DNA of 64,000 nt from Fidelibacterota bacterium (GTDB lineage Bacteria; Fidelibacterota; UBA2242): positions 1 through 64,000 of the forward strand of contig JBNGDF010000007.1 in assembly GCA_049975265.1 (NCBI GenBank), written 5' to 3'. A program made the translations under genes and the position numbers. Shown piece by piece: positions 37,513 to 46,792 of this stretch (positions are counted from its first letter, which is position 1; each line of letters opens with the position of its first letter). Under the pieces are notes generated by a model. That model worked only from the letters and a program-made list of their open reading frames with translations, was not told the DNA's origin and searched no databases.

Positions 37513-38504
37513 CAGGGCAGACGCCTCCAGATTCCCTGTTCCAGAATGATCGCCAAACCGATCAGAAGAAAGGCAGGCAGCAGAAAAACAGGATAGAGGT
37601 CACGGTACTGCAGATACTCCTTGACCCGGACTTCCGTTTTTTCCATACGGCTGATCTCTTCATAAATCGAAGCCAGATGAGTCTCGTCAGTCGCCCGGAA
37701 ATAGCGTCCGCCGGTATTTTGGGCGATACCCTGCAGAACGGCTTCATCAATCTCGACATCCACCAGCCGGTACTGGACCCGACCGCCGCCCATCTGGACC
37801 GGATAGGGCGCCTGACCCAGCTTACCGGCACCGATGGTATAAATTTTTATATCAAAAGCCTTTGCCATATCGGCTGCCGTCTCCGGATCCAGTTCCCCGG
37901 CATTGTTCCGACCATCAGACAGCAGAATGATGATCTTACTCTTGGCGGCACTCTCCCGTAACCGGTTGACACCGTTGGCGATCGCCATCCCGATTGCCGT
38001 ACCGTCGTATTTCTCTTCGATAATGTCGACCTGATCCAGCAGCTGCTTGAGAACGTCATAGTCGATGGTCAGCGGACATTGCAAAAAACTCTCTGCGGCA
38101 AAGACCACCAGACCGATCCGGTCCGACTGACGCCCTTCGATAAACTGACGGGCAACAGTCTTGGCAGCCTCCAGCCGATTCGGCTGAAAATCCACCGCCC
38201 GCATGGAGCTGGAAATATCCAGCACCAGCATAATATCAATCCCTTCCGTCTGGAATTCCTTTACACTTTCACCCTGCTGCGGCCTCGCCAATGCCAGAAT
38301 CAGCAGCGCCAATGCCAGCAGTCTCAATCCATAGAGCATCCCGGCTCTGCGGCTTGCCCGCTGCACCGGCAGGTCCCGGATACCGCGCAGTGAGGCATAA
38401 CGTAACGTGCCTTCCCGCCGGCGTCCGTAGCGTCGATACCAGAACCAGAGTCCCAGGATCAGTAAGAGTAAAAACAGATAACCCCAATCAGCAAAATAGA
38501 GCAC
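37512..38504 (-). CDS. batA: BatA VWA-domain protein
   Basis: LARPQ, DISSSM, GTAIG, LSDGRNNAG. Confidence 0.88.
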   Translation of the reverse strand: MLYFADWGYLFLLLLILGLWFWYRRYGRRREGTLRYASLRGIRDLPVQRASRRAGMLYGLRLLALALLILALARPQQGESVKEFQTEGIDIMLVLDISSSMRAVDFQPNRLEAAKTVARQFIEGRQSDRIGLVVFAAESFLQCPLTIDYDVLKQLLDQVDIIEEKYDGTAIGMAIANGVNRLRESAAKSKIIILLSDGRNNAGELDPETAADMAKAFDIKIYTIGAGKLGQAPYPVQMGGGRVQYRLVDVEIDEAVLQGIAQNTGGRYFRATDETHLASIYEEISRMEKTEVRVKEYLQYRDLYPVFLLPAFLLIGLAIILEQGIWRRLP

Positions 38505-38674
38505 TCGAATCCCTATGTTTCGATCTTCAAAAATGGCGTTTTATCTAATGACCAAGCCGAAAAATTGTTTCCCGGCTGAACCGCAACGGATTGGCCACCC
38601 GTTTCGCCGCATTCCGCTTACCCTGTGGTATTCGGAATCAGGCGAGAATTTCAGAATTTTTTGAACCACCGCGC

Positions 38675-38899
38675 TTAGCCGGCTGGCTGATCCTTGCTGT
38701 TCTTCTTGCGGGGCGGCGTTTCATCTGTGGAAGAATTAGCCGCGTCCTCGATTTCGTCACTTATTTCGCGGGTCGCTTTTTTAAATTCCCGCAAACTTTT
38801 CCCCAGACTCTTGGCAAAATCCGGCAGACGCTTGGCTCCGAAGAGCAGCAGAAAGACCACCAGAATAAGGATGATTTCACCCGCACCAAGGCTACCCAT
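38675..38899 (-). CDS. tatA: Twin-arginine translocase TatA/TatE
   Basis: LLLFGAKRLPD..GKSLREFK. Confidence 0.92.
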   Translation of the reverse strand: MGSLGAGEIILILVVFLLLFGAKRLPDFAKSLGKSLREFKKATREISDEIEDAANSSTDETPPRKKNSKDQPAG

Positions 38900-38925
38900 A
38901 ATGACTCCTTTATAGTTTTATTTGA

Positions 38926-39201
38926 TTAGCGCCAGAAACGCAGTACATAATAAGCCCCAATCAAGCCTAAAATACCGATTAAATTCAGGCTTATTGAAAA
39001 GCCGATGGTAATGGAAAACATTAACAGATCCAGGACCCCCGGACCGACATTCAAATTAACAGAACGCAAAAAAACCTCTTTCACCACCCCGTCGGGCAGT
39101 GCCAGTTTCAGGACTTCGCCGACCAGAGAACCCATCATAGCACCCAGAATCAGCACGCCGATTACCATGATCAATGAACGATTTTTAGTCACTCGATCCA
39201 T
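38926..39201 (-). CDS. DUF4321-like small membrane protein
   Basis: GSLVGE..LP.G..LDL..FSITIG..LN pattern; start at ATG 39201. Confidence 0.65.
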   Translation of the reverse strand: MDRVTKNRSLIMVIGVLILGAMMGSLVGEVLKLALPDGVVKEVFLRSVNLNVGPGVLDLLMFSITIGFSISLNLIGILGLIGAYYVLRFWR

Positions 39202-39202
39202 A

Positions 39203-39889
39203 TTAATTTCTCTCCAGCAATGATTGAAAAATTCCCAGCCCATCAACAGAGCCCAAAATTTCTTCCGCCGCACGCTCGGGATGGGGCATCATTCCCAGCA
39301 CATTTTTACCGTCATTATAAATTCCGGCGATATTCAGTTTGGAACCGTTGGGATTGGCTGCCGGTAACGCTTCTCCGTTACGATCACAATATTGAAAGGC
39401 GATGCGATCCTGGTCTTGCAGGCGTTTCAAAGTATCGTCATCGGCAAAATAGTTGCCGCTGTAATGGGCAATGGGCATGCGCAGGACCTGCCCTTTTGTG
39501 AGGCTCCGGACAAAGGGGCTCTCCTCGGTCGTCACCTTCAGATAGACATCCTGACAAAGGAAACGCATATTTGCGTTGGGAATGAGGGCACCCGGCAACA
39601 GCCCGCTCTCCAGCAAAATCTGGAATCCGTTGCAGATACCCAGCACCCGTCCGCCCGCTCTGACGTAGTCCATAATCGCCGGCATAATCGGTGCAAAACG
39701 CGCCACAGCTCCGGCACGCAGATAATCGCCATAACTGAATCCACCGGGCAGTATGATCACATCAAAAAGCCGCAGCGTCTGCTCCTTGTGCCAGATATAG
39801 AAAACCTCGGCACCCAGCACCCGCCTGACCACATGGTAGCTGTCGTGATCGCAGTTGGATCCCGGAAAAACAACGATCCCGAACTTCAT
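39203..39889 (-). CDS. purQ: FGAM synthase subunit PurQ
   Basis: FPGSNCD, PGGFSYGDYLR, GICNGFQ, MMPHPER. Confidence 0.96.
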   Translation of the reverse strand: MKFGIVVFPGSNCDHDSYHVVRRVLGAEVFYIWHKEQTLRLFDVIILPGGFSYGDYLRAGAVARFAPIMPAIMDYVRAGGRVLGICNGFQILLESGLLPGALIPNANMRFLCQDVYLKVTTEESPFVRSLTKGQVLRMPIAHYSGNYFADDDTLKRLQDQDRIAFQYCDRNGEALPAANPNGSKLNIAGIYNDGKNVLGMMPHPERAAEEILGSVDGLGIFQSLLERN

Positions 39890-40143
39890 ACGGAAACCTC
39901 ATGCAGCTCATAATGAAATTTTTGGATCACGGGATTGGACAGGACCTTTTCGCAAATCTCTTTGACCTGGGCATCCGCTTCCCCCTTCTGCAGTTGTCCG
40001 TCCAGAGTAAGTTCGAAGAAACGACCTGCTGTTAAATCTTCAATATGCGCATATCCCAGACTGCCCAGCGCGTGTTGAATGGTCTTCGCCTCCGGGTCCA
40101 GTATACCGGTCTTATAGGTCACAATAATGGTTGCCTTCCACAT
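39886..40143 (-). CDS. purS: FGAM synthase subunit PurS
   Basis: ILDPEA..L.NPVI. Confidence 0.9.
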   Translation of the reverse strand: MWKATIIVTYKTGILDPEAKTIQHALGSLGYAHIEDLTAGRFFELTLDGQLQKGEADAQVKEICEKVLSNPVIQKFHYELHEVSV

Positions 40144-40877
40144 TAGAGTTTATCCTTTCTTCTGACAAAAAAATAGCCCCGCGGTTCCTCATAACCGACA
40201 ATCCAGTTCAGCAGATGGGTTGCGATATAGATGACCATTATCGGAAAAATGACATAGCCCTGGAACAGCAGGATCACTATTCCGGCAACCAGAATACCGC
40301 TGCTTCGTAATACACCCATGCGTCTGCGGTGAAAATCCAGATGAAAATTGGAACCGAAACGGATGTTGCTGACCATTAAGAAAGAAAGAACAATAACCAG
40401 CGGCAGCGCCACACGGGGATTACCGTAATGCCCGAAAACGGTCTTATTGAACCAGATAAAAGAGCCGATACAGCTGGCCATCGCCGGAACCGGCAAGCCG
40501 GTGAAATAGCGTTTTTTATAGGAGGTCGCTGTGATATTGAACCGAGCCAGGCGAATCCCGCCAAACAGCAGCGGAAAAAAACTGATTAGAGCGCCCAGGA
40601 AACCCAGATCGGCTACATAGAGCGAATACACCAGCAGGGTCGGTGTGACACAGAAGGAGACCAGATCGGCAAGCGAATCAAATTCGATTCCGAAATCCGA
40701 CTGCTGCTGCAGCCAGCGGGCAATCTGCCCGTCCAGCGTATCGAAGATCATCGCCGCCAGAATCAGCATAACCGCCGTGATGTAGCGCCCCTGCAAAATT
40801 TCCAGAATTGCCAGAAAACCGGCGAACATATTAAAAATCGTAAAAATATTCGGAATAAATGAACGTTTTAGTTTCAT
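40143..40877 (-). CDS. pssA: CDP-diacylglycerol--serine O-phosphatidyltransferase
   Basis: D.LDG..AR..G.EFDSLAD.VSF, RLARFN, FTGLP. Confidence 0.9.
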   Translation of the reverse strand: MKLKRSFIPNIFTIFNMFAGFLAILEILQGRYITAVMLILAAMIFDTLDGQIARWLQQQSDFGIEFDSLADLVSFCVTPTLLVYSLYVADLGFLGALISFFPLLFGGIRLARFNITATSYKKRYFTGLPVPAMASCIGSFIWFNKTVFGHYGNPRVALPLVIVLSFLMVSNIRFGSNFHLDFHRRRMGVLRSSGILVAGIVILLFQGYVIFPIMVIYIATHLLNWIVGYEEPRGYFFVRRKDKL

Positions 40878-41512
40878 TCGAACTCTCCAATCACCGTTTT
40901 ACCGGCTTTTACCCGGTCACCGATCCGGACCTGCAATTTTACCGTTTCAGGAAGGGTCATATCAACGCGTGAGCCAAATTTAATCATGCCAAAGCGCTCA
41001 CCCGCCTGTACCGACTGACCAACCTGTAAGCGACAAACAATTCGCCGGGCTAGCATGCCTGCCACCTGAGCAAATTTAAGGCGAGTCTGCTCATTTTCAA
41101 GGGTTATTTCCGTATTTTCATTCTCGAAGCTCGCCGCCGGCTGCATCGCCGGTCGAAAACGACCCGGTCGATGCGTTATTGCACGAACCGTTCCCGAAAG
41201 AGGAATGCGATTGACATGGACATCCAAAATAGACATAAAAATCGACACCCGTTTGGCGCGTCCGACAAAATCATCTTCCAACTCCCCGATCGCCACAACG
41301 CGACCATCGGCGGGACTGAGGATCAGGTGATCTCCGTCGGGAATCTGGCGTTCCGGATCCCGGAAAAACCAGAGTGCAAAAAGAAAAAACAGAAACACTG
41401 CCCAGAAGATAATCAGGATCCAGTTCTGCCGGGCTAAAATCTCCATCATCAGCAATCCAAACGCCAGCAAAAAGCTGACCACCAGAATCCTCATTCCATC
41501 CCGCGCCGGCAT
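40874..41512 (-). CDS. psd: Phosphatidylserine decarboxylase proenzyme
   Basis: FFRDPER, SPADG, HVNR.P, FGSRVD. Confidence 0.92.
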   Translation of the reverse strand: MPARDGMRILVVSFLLAFGLLMMEILARQNWILIIFWAVFLFFLFALWFFRDPERQIPDGDHLILSPADGRVVAIGELEDDFVGRAKRVSIFMSILDVHVNRIPLSGTVRAITHRPGRFRPAMQPAASFENENTEITLENEQTRLKFAQVAGMLARRIVCRLQVGQSVQAGERFGMIKFGSRVDMTLPETVKLQVRIGDRVKAGKTVIGEFE

Positions 41513-42225
41513 CAGACCTGCTCCGTGATCCGCTGCAGCATCCCCTGATAGGTCTTTTCCACATCCCCGAGATCGTGTCTGAAGCGGTCTTTGTCCAGCT
41601 TACGGTGACTCTCCTTCTCCCAGAAGCGGCAGGTATCCGGGGAAATCTCATCCGCCAACAAGAGCTGACCATGGTAACGCCCGAATTCCAGCTTGAAATC
41701 CACCAGCCGGATTCCGAGCTTATCGAAAAACTCTTTTAAAATGGTATTAACCTGCAGCGCCTGACTCTTCATGCGATCCAGTTCGTCCCGGGTAGCAAGT
41801 TTCAGTGCCAGCACGTGGTCGTCATTCATCAGGGGATCATGCAGCGCATCGTCTTTATAATAGAGCTCCACAATCGGTTGGTCGAGAACGATTCCCTCCT
41901 GCATTCCATAACGGCGGCAAAGACTGCCGGTGGAGATATTGCGCACCACCACCTCGACGGGTACGATGGCGACCCGCTTCACCAGCATCTCATTATCTGC
42001 CAGCTGTCGCACAAAATGGGAATCGATACCGTGCTCCCTGAGCAGCGTAAAGAGCCGGGCGCTGATGCGGTTGTTAACCAATCCCTTTCCGCTGATACTG
42101 CCCTTCTTCAGCCCGTCGAAAGCGGTGGCGTCGTCTTTAAAAACCTGGCGGAGCAGATCGGGATCTTCAGTCTGGTATAGAATCTTGGCTTTGCCTTCAT
42201 ACGATTTGGTTTCCGCAGATGTCAT
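41512..42225 (-). CDS. purC: SAICAR synthetase
   Basis: YEGKAK, DFKLEFG, ADEISPDTCR. Confidence 0.96.
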   Translation of the reverse strand: MTSAETKSYEGKAKILYQTEDPDLLRQVFKDDATAFDGLKKGSISGKGLVNNRISARLFTLLREHGIDSHFVRQLADNEMLVKRVAIVPVEVVVRNISTGSLCRRYGMQEGIVLDQPIVELYYKDDALHDPLMNDDHVLALKLATRDELDRMKSQALQVNTILKEFFDKLGIRLVDFKLEFGRYHGQLLLADEISPDTCRFWEKESHRKLDKDRFRHDLGDVEKTYQGMLQRITEQV

Positions 42226-42226
42226 A

Positions 42227-43519
42227 TTATTCTCCTAATTTTTTATAAATCGCATCAATCCGATGATACAGTTTCGTGACGTCGAACAGGGCTTCGATCT
42301 CCCCATATTCCAGACAGGCGCCAATATCCGGATCCGCCAGAATCAACCCCTTGAAATCTTTCGCACTGTTCCAGGCTGCCATGGCATTTTTCTGCACCAG
42401 GGCATACGCCTGCTCCCGGGTCAGCCCCCTGGCTAACAGTGCCAGCAGCAGCTCCTGGGAGAAGATCAGACCACCGGTCAGTTCCAGATTGCGGCGCATG
42501 TTTTCAGGATAAACGATCAGATTTCTCAGTACTTTGATACTCTCCGCCAGCATAAAATCCAGAACTATACAGCTGTCCGGCAGGATAACCCGCTCGGTGG
42601 AGGAGTGGGAAATATCCCGTTCGTGCCAGAGTGTCACATTTTCCATAGCAGTCAGCGCATACCCGCGCAGCAGACGCGCCATTCCACAAATCCGTTCACT
42701 CAGAATGGGATTGCGTTTGTGGGGCATCGCCGAGGAGCCCTTCTGTCCTTTCGTAAAAGACTCCTCCACTTCCAGTACTTCGGTCCGCTGCAGATGGCGG
42801 ATTTCCGTGGCGATCTTCTCGAGACTCGCCCCTGTCAGCGCCAATGTGCTCAGCCAGAAGGCGTGCCGGTCGCGCTGCACGATCTGATTGCTGATTGGCG
42901 CTGCTGTCAGACCGAGATGGTGACAGACCCGCTGTTCCACTTCCGGATCGATGTGCTGATAGGTGCCCACGGCGCCGGATATCTTTCCCACCCTGACATC
43001 CTCCAATGCCTGCTGCAAACGTGTCTCGTGGCGGCGCAGCTCCTCACGCCAGAGCAGGAACTTCAGCCCGAAGCTGATGGGTTCGGCGTGAACACCATGC
43101 GTGCGCCCGACCATTAACTGGTGCCGGTATTGCCGCGCTTTGTCGGATAAAACTTCGATTATTTCGACCAGCTGCTGCTGCAGCAGTTCACCGGCGGCAC
43201 TCAGTTGCAGCGCCAGTGCGGTATCCAGCAGGTCCGAAGAGGTCATGCCGCGGTGAATGTGACGGGCGGCGGGACCGACCTGTTCCGCCACAGCGGTCAG
43301 GAAGGCGATTACATCATGCTTGACCTCGGTTTCGATGGCATGGATACGCTCCACCGTAAAGCCCGCCTTCTGTTCAATTGCTTCCCAGTCCTCAGGCGGA
43401 ATCAGACCCCGTTCATACTGAACGCGGCAGACCTCCCGCTCCACCTTCCACCAGCATTTATACTTATATTCTTCGGACCAAAGCCGCCCCATTTCCGGGC
43501 GGGTATAGCGTTCAATCAT
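42227..43519 (-). CDS. purB: Adenylosuccinate lyase
   Basis: GRTHGVHAEP, GSSAMPHKRNP, WHERDISHS. Confidence 0.96.
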   Translation of the reverse strand: MIERYTRPEMGRLWSEEYKYKCWWKVEREVCRVQYERGLIPPEDWEAIEQKAGFTVERIHAIETEVKHDVIAFLTAVAEQVGPAARHIHRGMTSSDLLDTALALQLSAAGELLQQQLVEIIEVLSDKARQYRHQLMVGRTHGVHAEPISFGLKFLLWREELRRHETRLQQALEDVRVGKISGAVGTYQHIDPEVEQRVCHHLGLTAAPISNQIVQRDRHAFWLSTLALTGASLEKIATEIRHLQRTEVLEVEESFTKGQKGSSAMPHKRNPILSERICGMARLLRGYALTAMENVTLWHERDISHSSTERVILPDSCIVLDFMLAESIKVLRNLIVYPENMRRNLELTGGLIFSQELLLALLARGLTREQAYALVQKNAMAAWNSAKDFKGLILADPDIGACLEYGEIEALFDVTKLYHRIDAIYKKLGE

Positions 43520-44634
43520 TATTTCTCCAAGGTCAGTTGTACATCCACTACCTGATTGCCACGCTGAATCTGTAAGCTGATCACGTCACCGGCTTTCAGG
43601 AAATTTTCCTGAATTTCCCGGATGATGTCCTGATCGGAACGGATTGATTTGCCGTTCACGGCGGTGATCACATCCCCCACCCGGATACCGGCTTTATCCG
43701 CCGCACTGCCCCGCTCCACCTCCGTCACGATGACGCCGTTGGTGGAGTTGAGATTCAGATAGCGCGCCAGAAAATGGTCAATATTCTGAACCGAAAGACC
43801 GGTGCGGAAGGTGCGGTCAATCTTCCCGTAGCGCTGGAGTTCCGTGACAATCGTCTTTACCCGGTTAATCGGAATGGCAAAACCCACTCCGATGGAACCT
43901 TCACTGTAGGCACTCCCGGTATAGATAAAGGTATTGATACCAATCACCTCGCCGGCGGCATTGACCAGGGGACCACCGCTGTTGCCCGTGTTTATGGAAG
44001 CATCGGTCTGAATCATGTTCTGATATACCCGACCACTCCGCTGCCGTCCAAAGTTCAAATCCCGACCCGAGACGATCCCCACCGTGGCGGTGGGTTTGTT
44101 ATTGACATCAAAAAGCCCGAAAGGATTTCCCAAAGCGACAACCCACTCGCCGATAATCACCTCATCAGAATTGCCCAGGCGGGCACAGGGCAGATCTTTG
44201 CCCCTGATCTTCAGCAGGGCGATATCGGACATATCATCCACCCCGACCAGTTTGGCGTCATATTTTTGACCACCGCTCAGGGTAATTTTAATCTTTTCGG
44301 CTCCCTCCACAACGTGGGAATTGGTCACAACATAGCCGTCGTCGCTGATGACAACCCCGGACCCGAGACTCTTGACCCGCCGGCGGTGGATTTGCTCCGG
44401 AAAGAGCATGCTCCAGAGAGGATCGTTGAAAAAGGGCGACGTCACATATTCCTGAATGGCGGTGACCTTGATCCCGACAACCGCCGGGCTCACCTGTGCC
44501 ACCGCCCGGGTGATGGTATTTTCCCGGGAAACGGCAATGTCCGTCTGAACCGTTCCGGGCTCAGCCAACAGTCCGCCGATGGTTAATACACCGACCACCA
44601 GAAAAGCCTTTTTCATTCGCAAATTCATCGGCAT
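43519..44634 (-). CDS. HtrA/DegP-like serine protease with one PDZ domain
   Basis: TNSHVV, DIALL, TDASINTGNSGGPL. Confidence 0.9.
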   Translation of the reverse strand: MPMNLRMKKAFLVVGVLTIGGLLAEPGTVQTDIAVSRENTITRAVAQVSPAVVGIKVTAIQEYVTSPFFNDPLWSMLFPEQIHRRRVKSLGSGVVISDDGYVVTNSHVVEGAEKIKITLSGGQKYDAKLVGVDDMSDIALLKIRGKDLPCARLGNSDEVIIGEWVVALGNPFGLFDVNNKPTATVGIVSGRDLNFGRQRSGRVYQNMIQTDASINTGNSGGPLVNAAGEVIGINTFIYTGSAYSEGSIGVGFAIPINRVKTIVTELQRYGKIDRTFRTGLSVQNIDHFLARYLNLNSTNGVIVTEVERGSAADKAGIRVGDVITAVNGKSIRSDQDIIREIQENFLKAGDVISLQIQRGNQVVDVQLTLEK

Positions 44635-44643
44635 CCTATTATC

Positions 44644-45381
44644 CTACTGCTCATATTCCACCCCCATCAGGGTCAGTCCCTGCGGTGGCGCTTTAAAAAT
44701 CTTCAGATGACTGGGACGGTTAGCGACCAGATCCTGAAAATCAGGCACGCTGCCTTTCCCCCGGGCTACCATTATCATCGTTCCCACCAAAATCCGCACC
44801 ATACTATGTAAAAAGCGGTTCCCGGTAATCATGTAATTTACGAAATTCTCATTCTGAATCCATTGGGAATCGTAAATCCGGCAGATTTTTGAGTCCCGCT
44901 CCTGAGCCTGTCGGCTGAGTCGGCTGAAATCGTGTTCTCCCAATACATAATCTGCACACTCCTGAAGAATTGCAAAATGAAAATCCCGCTCCGTCTGCCA
45001 GCTGCTGCGCCGCTCCAGAACCGCCCGCTGTCGGCAAATCCGGTAGCGATAGCAGCGGCGGCGGGCGCTGTACCGGGCATGAAAATCCGGCGCCACCGGG
45101 ACACACTCCCGAATGTGGATATCGGCAGCGGTTTTGGCATTCAGCGCCCGGCATATTTCGGTCGTTGTCAACCGTGTCTCCAGATCAAAATGCGCCACCT
45201 GCCCCAAGGCATGCACCCCGGCATCGGTGCGCCCGGCTCCGATCACCGTAACGGGTACATCGTGATTCAGCGCCGTCAGGGCATCCTCGATCTCCTGCTG
45301 CACCGTCCTTTTGGAGCGCTGACGCTGCCAGCCGTGAAAATCGGTACCGTCATATTCAAGGATGATTTTAAAACGCTGCAG
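44644..45381 (-). CDS. truA: tRNA pseudouridine(38-40) synthase TruA (probable CTG start)
   Basis: N-terminal EYDGTDFHGWQ lies upstream of the track's ORF; AGRTDAGVHA, FLHSMVR. Confidence 0.9.
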   Translation of the reverse strand: MQRFKIILEYDGTDFHGWQRQRSKRTVQQEIEDALTALNHDVPVTVIGAGRTDAGVHALGQVAHFDLETRLTTTEICRALNAKTAADIHIRECVPVAPDFHARYSARRRCYRYRICRQRAVLERRSSWQTERDFHFAILQECADYVLGEHDFSRLSRQAQERDSKICRIYDSQWIQNENFVNYMITGNRFLHSMVRILVGTMIMVARGKGSVPDFQDLVANRPSHLKIFKAPPQGLTLMGVEYEQ

Positions 45382-45387
45382 TGTTTA

Positions 45388-46125
45388 TCATCTCCATAAA
45401 ATTACAACAAACAATCCTGCCAGCATCAAAGCGGCACTCAACCAATCACCCGTACGCCATTGCAGCATGCGATAGTAGCTTCGCTCTGTGCGGGTCTGGT
45501 AGCCACGCACTGTCATCGCATCCGCCAGCGTTTCGGCTTTCTGAAAGCTGAAAATCATCAGCGGAATGATTGACTGACGTGCCTGTCGCAGTCGCGCCCG
45601 CAGCGTTTTTCCCGGTGTTCCGGAGATTATCTGCCAGCCCTCATCCAGCCGACGATACTCATCCCGCAGAATCGGAAAAAATCGTACGGCAATAAAAACA
45701 ACCTGAAATAAATTATCGCTCCGCCAGCCCAGACGCCGGAGCGGTTTCAGCAGATAATAGAGCGCATCCAGAAAATCCATCGCCGGAAGCCACCTCAGTA
45801 ATAATCCCATCCAGAGTATCAGATTTGCCAGTCGTAGACTGAGCAGAAGCGGCTGTTCGACCAGAGCCCTATGGAAGCGGGTTTCCCCGCTCAGCCACTG
45901 CCAGCCATCACCGATGAAAAGAAAATGAATAAAAAATGTCAGAATCAGGAAAACCCAGAGATAGTGCAAAGCCGCTAAAATTTGACCCAGTCGCAGCTTT
46001 TGCAACCGTCCAAACAGAACCAGCAGAACCAGAAAAATCAGCTGCCCTCCGCTGCTCCCGATGAAAAACAGGACGACCATCCCGGTCAACGCGCCCAACA
46101 GTTTTACACGGGGATCCAGACCCAT
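45388..46125 (-). CDS. ecfT: Energy-coupling factor transporter T component
   Basis: LDPRVK, AVRFFP, AMTVRGY. Confidence 0.8.
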   Translation of the reverse strand: MGLDPRVKLLGALTGMVVLFFIGSSGGQLIFLVLLVLFGRLQKLRLGQILAALHYLWVFLILTFFIHFLFIGDGWQWLSGETRFHRALVEQPLLLSLRLANLILWMGLLLRWLPAMDFLDALYYLLKPLRRLGWRSDNLFQVVFIAVRFFPILRDEYRRLDEGWQIISGTPGKTLRARLRQARQSIIPLMIFSFQKAETLADAMTVRGYQTRTERSYYRMLQWRTGDWLSAALMLAGLFVVILWR

Positions 46126-46790
46126 CAGCGGAATCCAAAATTGAACGTAAAGGTCACTGCGTCGCGTTGCGGATAGACCAGCGCCTGAACGCTGTTTTCC
46201 ACCGGCTCCAGACGCTCCTTTGTCAAGGCGATAATATCTATGACACTGATGATCCGATTCACCACCAGCCCACCAATGGCAAAGCTGGCAATATGCAGAA
46301 TCTGCTGGCTGTTATAGCGCAGACGATCAAATTTGCGGCGTGAAGCCTCGCTATCCCACGCCCAAAAATACTCGGAACTTTCCGGGTAGAGGTTGGCGTA
46401 CTGGCGATAGCGCATTTTTTGTTCGTTATATTCATATATGTTGGCATAATTGCCGATATCCGTGAAGTAATAAATATCTTTACCGACGGGATTGATACCG
46501 GCATGCCGGGCGGCATAGGCTTGCATATCCTGTTCGGCGGAATTCCCCAGATAGCTCAGTGTCGCAAAGCCAACCCAAAGCAGCAGTTCGCTGCTGTTAA
46601 ACGCAAAGCCGCGCCGATGGTAATTCAGACTGTGTTCTCCCCAGCCGGGTAAAACCAGACTCTGCAACAGCAGGCGCCGGGCGGTTTTCTGTGACAGCAA
46701 TGAATCGCCTGCTTCCGCCACCTGTGCCTCACTTACAAACGATATCGCCTGCAACAGCATCAGTATCATTGCCCAATATTTTTTCCGCAT
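46125..46790 (-). CDS. Hypothetical membrane/secreted protein
   Basis: Signal peptide, SLVLPGWGE, NRIISVID; coupled to flanking genes. Confidence 0.6.
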   Translation of the reverse strand: MRKKYWAMILMLLQAISFVSEAQVAEAGDSLLSQKTARRLLLQSLVLPGWGEHSLNYHRRGFAFNSSELLLWVGFATLSYLGNSAEQDMQAYAARHAGINPVGKDIYYFTDIGNYANIYEYNEQKMRYRQYANLYPESSEYFWAWDSEASRRKFDRLRYNSQQILHIASFAIGGLVVNRIISVIDIIALTKERLEPVENSVQALVYPQRDAVTFTFNFGFR

Positions 46791-46792
46791 GG

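Noticed and set aside
30771..40143. Absence of ruvB, purL and moxR next to their partners
   Set aside because: Split operons are common and the genes may lie outside the window.
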